The notes below the pieces were generated by a model. The model did no database searches. It saw nothing but the letters and a program-made list of their open reading frames with translations, and was not told the origin of the DNA. A stretch of 47,014 bases of DNA, the filler included, from an uncultured virus (IMG/VR IMGVR_UViG_2049941000_000885) (lineage: Duplodnaviria; Heunggongvirae; Uroviricota; Caudoviricetes). It is 15 parts of one record of this genome, joined end to end, with 100 filler letters (N's around TTAATTAATTAA, not from the genome) between each part and the next. Parts side by side here need not be neighbours in the genome. Positions count along the whole stretch, not along the records: positions 42,604 to 47,014 come from IMGVR_UViG_2049941000_000885; 14 more parts are not named here. The stretch is one strand, 5' to 3'. Of the stretch, positions 44,321-47,014 are shown one piece after another. Each line of letters begins with the position of its first letter. Position 1 is the first letter of the stretch. The translations under genes and the position numbers were made by a program.

Positions 44321-44377
44321 ATGTTCGTAGGAGCAGTATTAACGTAGTAAAAATTTTCGTATTTTTGTGTTTGCCTA

Positions 44378-44406
44378 TTGCAATTTATCTTATAAAGTGG
44401 TAAGAT
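44378..44406 (+). promoter_or_regulatory. Phage promoter family A copy 3
   Basis: TTGCAA-TTTATCTTATAAAGTGG-TAAGAT. Confidence 0.7.
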
Positions 44407-44622
44407 ATAGATGATGAAACCAACACCAACCACCCAGAGGGCAGAANNNNNNNNNNNNNNNNNNNNNNNNNNNNNNNNNNNNNNNNNNNNNNNNNNNNNN
44501 NNNNNNNNNNNNNNNNNNNNNNNNNNNNNNNNNNNNNNNNNNNNACCGCATGGAAAGCAACAATCCCGGCGATAAGTGGGTTGAGGCGTAAGACGGCAGA
44601 AATAGATCAGGAGGACAGAGCC

Positions 44623-45207
44623 ATGAAAGAAACCTACACCATCCCCGAAGTGAGGCGCGAGGACGTTCAGAAACTGATCGCCCGCCACCAGCGCAAGGCT
44701 GAAAAGTACGGCGCTCCACTGACCGTCGAGTACGGCGAACCCTACGCAAAGAGCATCCCGGTCTACGAAACGGACGGCTACGTCCAGACGAAGGTTGACG
44801 AAGTGCTCTACGAAGTCTTCGACATGACCATCGAGAGCGAGATCATCCGCAAGGACGGCTACACGGTGGTTGCGAAGATCGAACATCTGGAGGGCGGCAA
44901 CGTGGTCAGCACCTTCGGCTGTGACTGCCTGCCTGAATGGGCGACGATGCCGCCGCATTGCGATCATTGCAACGGCAACCACGNNNNNNNNNNNNNNNNN
45001 NNNGTGACCTTCATCGTCCGGCATGAGGACGGAACGGAGAAGCAAGTGGGTCGCACCTGCCTGAAAGACTATTGCGGCATCAATCCGCAGGCCATCGGCT
45101 GGGCGAACGAGCTGAACGAGATTCTGCTCGACGAGGACATCGACCGTTACGATTGGGACGAGCACCCCATCCGTCCGGCGCTCTACACCAGCGACGTGCT
45201 GGCGCTG
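44623..45207 (+). CDS. Phage hypothetical protein, fragment
   Basis: AGGAGG RBS; CDHC...QVGRTCLKDYCG motifs. Confidence 0.65.
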
Positions 45208-45217
45208 NNNNNNNNNN

Positions 45218-45451
45218 GTTGGTCATCACCATGTGCACCAGCACATAGCCGGGCATGCGCTTGCGCTGGACGATATGGCTTTTGCCGTTTTTGATCTCCA
45301 GCACTTCCTCCTGCGGGATCTCCACCGAACCGATCAGACCCTGCATACTGGTGGTGTTCTCGACGGTTTTTTCGATGTTGGCCTTCACCTTATTCTCATA
45401 TCCGGAATAGGTGTGCACAACATACCATTTCATTTCGGCAGTATCTGCCAT
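45218..45451 (-). CDS. nusG: Transcription termination/antitermination factor NusG, N-terminal part
   Basis: KWYVVHTYSGYENKVK...PGYVLVHM. Confidence 0.95.
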
Positions 45452-45466
45452 GCTGCTGTCCTCGCT

Positions 45467-45511
45467 TTAGCCCGTGATCAGCCTGACCAGAGCGCTGGCG
45501 CCCATGTCGAA
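45467..45511 (-). CDS. secE: SecE C-terminal fragment
   Basis: FDMGASALVRLITG-stop directly upstream of nusG. Confidence 0.7.
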   Translation of the reverse strand, partial: FDMGASALVRLITG

Positions 45512-45521
45512 NNNNNNNNNN

Positions 45522-45752
45522 GGTCTTTCACCTCGGAAAGGAAGCGGATGTTCCTTAGGCCCAGCGGCCCGAAAAGCTTCTGCCTGAAAACATCCCTGAG
45601 CTTCATGCTGTATATCGTCTCCAACACCGCGCCCAGCACGTCATGGCTGAGTCCGTACACCCAGTGCTCGCCGGGATCGCACAGAAGCGGCTGATCGGCC
45701 AGGGCGTTTACGGCAAAGTGCGTATCACCCGCGGGCAGAAGGCGGATGTCGG
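45522..45752 (-). CDS. Serine hydrolase (beta-lactamase family), fragment
   Basis: PLLCDPGEHWVYGLSHDVLG...LFGPLGL. Confidence 0.75.
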
Positions 45753-45762
45753 NNNNNNNNNN

Positions 45763-45946
45763 AACGCCGATGATCACGCCCATGATGACCAGGAAGATCA
45801 GAACCACCAGAGAATAGTTGATCAGCGCGCTCTTGGTAGGCCAGGTGACCTTCTTGAGCTCGTGAAACATATTGTAGAAAGCCTTGCCGATCTTTTTGAA
45901 GAAACGGGTCAGAAAGTTGCCTTCCTTCTTCTCGTCCTTCTTGACC
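45763..45946 (-). CDS. secE: Second allelic copy of secE middle part (assembly of strain variants)
   Basis: Near-identical to 45958-46140; Q/K and Y/F substitutions. Confidence 0.75.
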
Positions 45947-45957
45947 TNNNNNNNNNN

Positions 45958-46167
45958 TACGCCGATGATCACGCCCATGATGACCAGGAAGATCAGAACC
46001 ACCAGAGAGTAGTTGATCAGCGCGCTCTTGGTAGGCCAGGTGACCTTTTTGAGCTCGTGATACATATTGTAGAAAGCCTTGCCGATCTTCTGGAAGAAAC
46101 GGGTCAGAAAGTTGCCTTCCTTCTTCTCGTCCTTCTTGACCTGCTTGACATCCTTTTCAGCTGCCAT
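45958..46167 (-). CDS. secE: Preprotein translocase subunit SecE, N-terminal part
   Basis: ELKKVTWPT signature plus TM helix; between rpmG and nusG. Confidence 0.92.
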
Positions 46168-46260
46168 GCAATTCACATCCTTATCAAGAGTCTGGGGTGC
46201 GCGCCAAAGGCCCTTCCGCGTTTGCCCACGCAAAGAAGCCTGCATCGCGCTCAGGGGGGA

Positions 46261-46422
46261 TTACTTCGCTTCCTTGTGGGCAGTATGCTTCCTGCAGAAG
46301 CGGCAGTACTTGTTCATCTCGAGACGGTCGGGATCGTTCTTTTTGTTCTTGATGGTGTTGTAGTTGCGCTGCTTGCACTCAGAGCAGGCCAGCACTACCT
46401 TTACTCTCTTATCCGATGCCAT
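46261..46422 (-). CDS. rpmG: 50S ribosomal protein L33
   Basis: [64 protein letters not shown]. Confidence 0.96.
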   Translation of the reverse strand: MASDKRVKVVLACSECKQRNYNTIKNKKNDPDRLEMNKYCRFCRKHTAHKEAK

Positions 46423-46720
46423 GGTGACACCTCCTGTTTATAGTCATAGCGCCCGCATCATGCGAAGGGCGCTTTTTGTGTCCACAACAAAAGCAACCCA
46501 TACGGTTGGGCAGACTTTGATATTATATATGATGATCGGGGAGATTGCAAGATGCAACGAGAAAGTTTACATGCATTTAGTGTTCTGCTTCAAAAGTTCA
46601 TTACAGGCAGCTATAAAGCGCGTCCCGCAGGCCTACATACAGGTACGTTTCGTCCGCGCTCAGCACGTTCGTGAAAAAGCACATGCTCACCCCGCGCCCA
46701 ATGTCCATCANNNNNNNNNN

Positions 46721-46894
46721 GCCCGAGCTCATGGACATAAGGTGGCGCACAGTCACCGGGCGCACTGCGTCGCGTATGCGTTTTCCGCCGGGCAGCGTCT
46801 CCGCAACGCGCATGCGGCTGAACGCGGGCAGGTAGGTTCCAAGCGGCTCGTCCAGTCCCAGCCGCCCTTCTTCCCGGGCCATCATGGCGCAGGT
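46721..46894 (-). CDS. Serine hydrolase (beta-lactamase family), fragment
   Basis: EEGRLGLDEPLGTYLPAF...VTVRHLMSMSSG. Confidence 0.75.
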
Positions 46895-47014
46895 NNNNNN
46901 NNNNAAGAACACTTCACTGGCGTTGAGATCAGCGCCTGCGAAGGTAGCCTGAAATCCATCCTGCACCGCGACAAGTACGGAAACGAGTACTTGGAAGGGA
47001 GGGCTGCGAAATGA

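Larger units (their letters stand above)
2318..45207. mobile_element. Temperate myovirus-type prophage (fragmented, contig order partly scrambled; att sites not visible)
   Basis: Integrase, repressor, RecT, Rep/DnaC, terminase, portal, capsid, sheath/tube, baseplate and endolysin in canonical module order; boundaries approximate. Confidence 0.93.

Noticed and set aside
45207..45218. Prophage integration into nusG or near secE-rpmG
   Set aside because: Junction is an N gap, no att repeat is visible and scaffold order is unreliable
45763..46167. Tandem secE duplication
   Set aside because: Near-identical partial copies bounded by 10-N joins; better explained by co-assembled strain variants
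1..47014. CRISPR array, second DGR variable region, rRNA
   Set aside because: No repeat-spacer array, TR-like second copy or rRNA seen by eye in the non-N sequence

Overview
Heavily gapped, partly scrambled scaffold. It has many 10-N joins, 14 artificial NNN-TTAATTAATTAA-NNN linkers and one Illumina adapter remnant. Most of it is a temperate, contractile-tailed (myovirus-type) prophage of a Clostridia-like host. Modules seen: integrase/repressor switch; RecT/ATPase/MBL recombination; Rep-DnaC replication; MazG-like, gp37/gp68 and ThyX-like nucleotide genes; an array of small early genes plus ArdC; a late promoter followed by DUF488, a tRNA-Glu-like RNA, a putative GNAT-like DNA-modification gene and ParB ahead of the terminases; head genes including a MuF protein with a C-terminal ADP-ribosyltransferase domain; tail and baseplate genes; a diversity-generating retroelement (Mtd-like target, avd, TR, RT; the VR falls in a gap); and lysis genes. 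Host fragments (glycoside hydrolase, nusG, secE, rpmG, serine hydrolase) lie at the ends. Best leads: the DGR, the atypical tRNA-Glu embedded in the putative DNA-modification operon, the MuF-ART toxin, and a structured RNA after the capsid gene. All family calls are from motif recognition, not database searches.
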